Below are positions 63,171-64,000 of a stretch of DNA of 64,000 bases, one piece after another. The translations under genes and the position numbers were made by a program. How positions within the stretch are numbered: the stretch's first letter is position 1; each line of letters starts with the position of its first letter. The DNA comes from Gemmatimonadaceae bacterium (GTDB lineage Bacteria > Gemmatimonadota > Gemmatimonadetes > Gemmatimonadales > Gemmatimonadaceae), in assembly GCA_051859245.1 (NCBI GenBank), contig JBHYGA010000001.1, positions 1,565,722-1,629,721 on the forward strand. Reading direction: 5' to 3'. Under the pieces are notes generated by a model that was not told where the DNA came from, did not search any database, and saw only the letters and a program-made list of their open reading frames with translations.

Positions 63171-64000
63171 ATGGCTCCACGCTCACTCGCCTCGCTCGCC
63201 CACGCCCTCGGCGCCACGTCAGACCTCGACGGAGCGTTGGTCGCGCTGTCCGAGTGTGTGGTGGAAATGGATCGCGGCGCGTCGCTGGCCCTGTTACGCT
63301 ACGACGGACGGCAGGAAATGCTGCGCGAACGACTCACCCCGATCATGGGTCGCGTCGAACGTGCACAGGTTGAAACAACCTTCGATCACTTGCCGGCGCC
63401 CGTCCGCATGAAGGTGGCAGCGGGTGGTCAGTTTGTGGATATGGCGGAACGCTCGTCCGAATACGCACGACTGTTCGGCTTTACGCACGCCTTGGATGGC
63501 GGTGTGTTGGCCCTCCGTGGATTGCGTGTGGAGGGCTATCTCGCGGCGGTTCTGGTGCTCTACGAGCCTCGCAAGATTTTCGGCACGCGCACCACCGAGC
63601 GTCTGGCGCCCGCACTCGCGCTGTTTGATCTCGCCTTTGGCCGTCTCTCGGAGCGGGAAGCGCGCGAAGAGGCCGTTCGCACACTCGAGGATGTCACGCA
63701 ACGCGTGCACGGCGAATACGTGCGCAAGCTGCGCGCGCTGGAAACAGAACTGCGTGACGCGCGCAATACCACACCAAGTGGCGTGCCCATGATTTCGGCC
63801 GCCGAAGCAGTGGCGCTGCAGGCGGAGTCAGCGCGTGCCGATGAAGACGTGCGTCGTGCGACACGCAAGGCCGATCTGGCGGAGCAACAACTCATGTCGG
63901 CCGTTGGACAGCTGGAAACGGCGCACGTCGAACTGCACCGTCGCAGCGAGGCGTTGCGCCAGCGCACGCGAACCTTGTACCTGCTGGATCGTGTCCTCAC
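63171..64000 (+). CDS. GAF-like/coiled-coil protein, partial; runs off the right edge
   Basis: Open frame from ATG 63171 (MAPRSLASLAHAL...GVLALRGLRVEGYLAAVLVLYE...long heptad-like helix...LYLLDRVL). Not in the ORF track because it has no stop in the window. Confidence 0.7.
   Translation, partial: MAPRSLASLAHALGATSDLDGALVALSECVVEMDRGASLALLRYDGRQEMLRERLTPIMGRVERAQVETTFDHLPAPVRMKVAAGGQFVDMAERSSEYARLFGFTHALDGGVLALRGLRVEGYLAAVLVLYEPRKIFGTRTTERLAPALALFDLAFGRLSEREAREEAVRTLEDVTQRVHGEYVRKLRALETELRDARNTTPSGVPMISAAEAVALQAESARADEDVRRATRKADLAEQQLMSAVGQLETAHVELHRRSEALRQRTRTLYLLDRVL

Overview
GC-rich bacterial chromosomal segment, most likely Gemmatimonadota (inferred from gene order, protein types and the tmRNA tag ANNNLALAA; not verified). 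It is mostly core genome: rpsA; a pccB-accC-(RNA methyltransferase)-accB carboxylase cluster; mscL; rplM-rpsI-rpsB-tsf-pyrH-frr-uppS-cdsA-dxr-rseP; a Ser/Thr kinase; rpsO-pnp-M16 peptidase-ald; mreBCD-mrdA-rodA-accD-folC-hisS-proS-lysA-(YfcE-like)-guaA; a fasciclin lipoprotein, amidohydrolase, MATE, PTS IIA, dusB, tmRNA and ppdK; and a minus-strand run truA-(transaldolase-like)-htrA-purB-purC-(psd remnant)-pssA-purS-purQ-purL-purF. Accessory items are a hipBA module with its operator at the left edge (hipA is absent from the ORF track), a broken carboxypeptidase-regulatory-domain gene, a PEP-CTERM gene with two sigma-54 boxes, and an HTH plus nucleotidyltransferase TA-like pair. The most notable points are two apparent pseudo-enzymes embedded in purine-related operons (a transaldolase without its Schiff-base Lys and a YfcE-like phosphoesterase missing metal ligands), a Psd reduced to its membrane anchor, the HTH/nucleotidyltransferase module, several structured 5' leaders and repeated leaderless-type promoters. 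No CRISPR array, rRNA, tRNA, transposase or integrase was seen.
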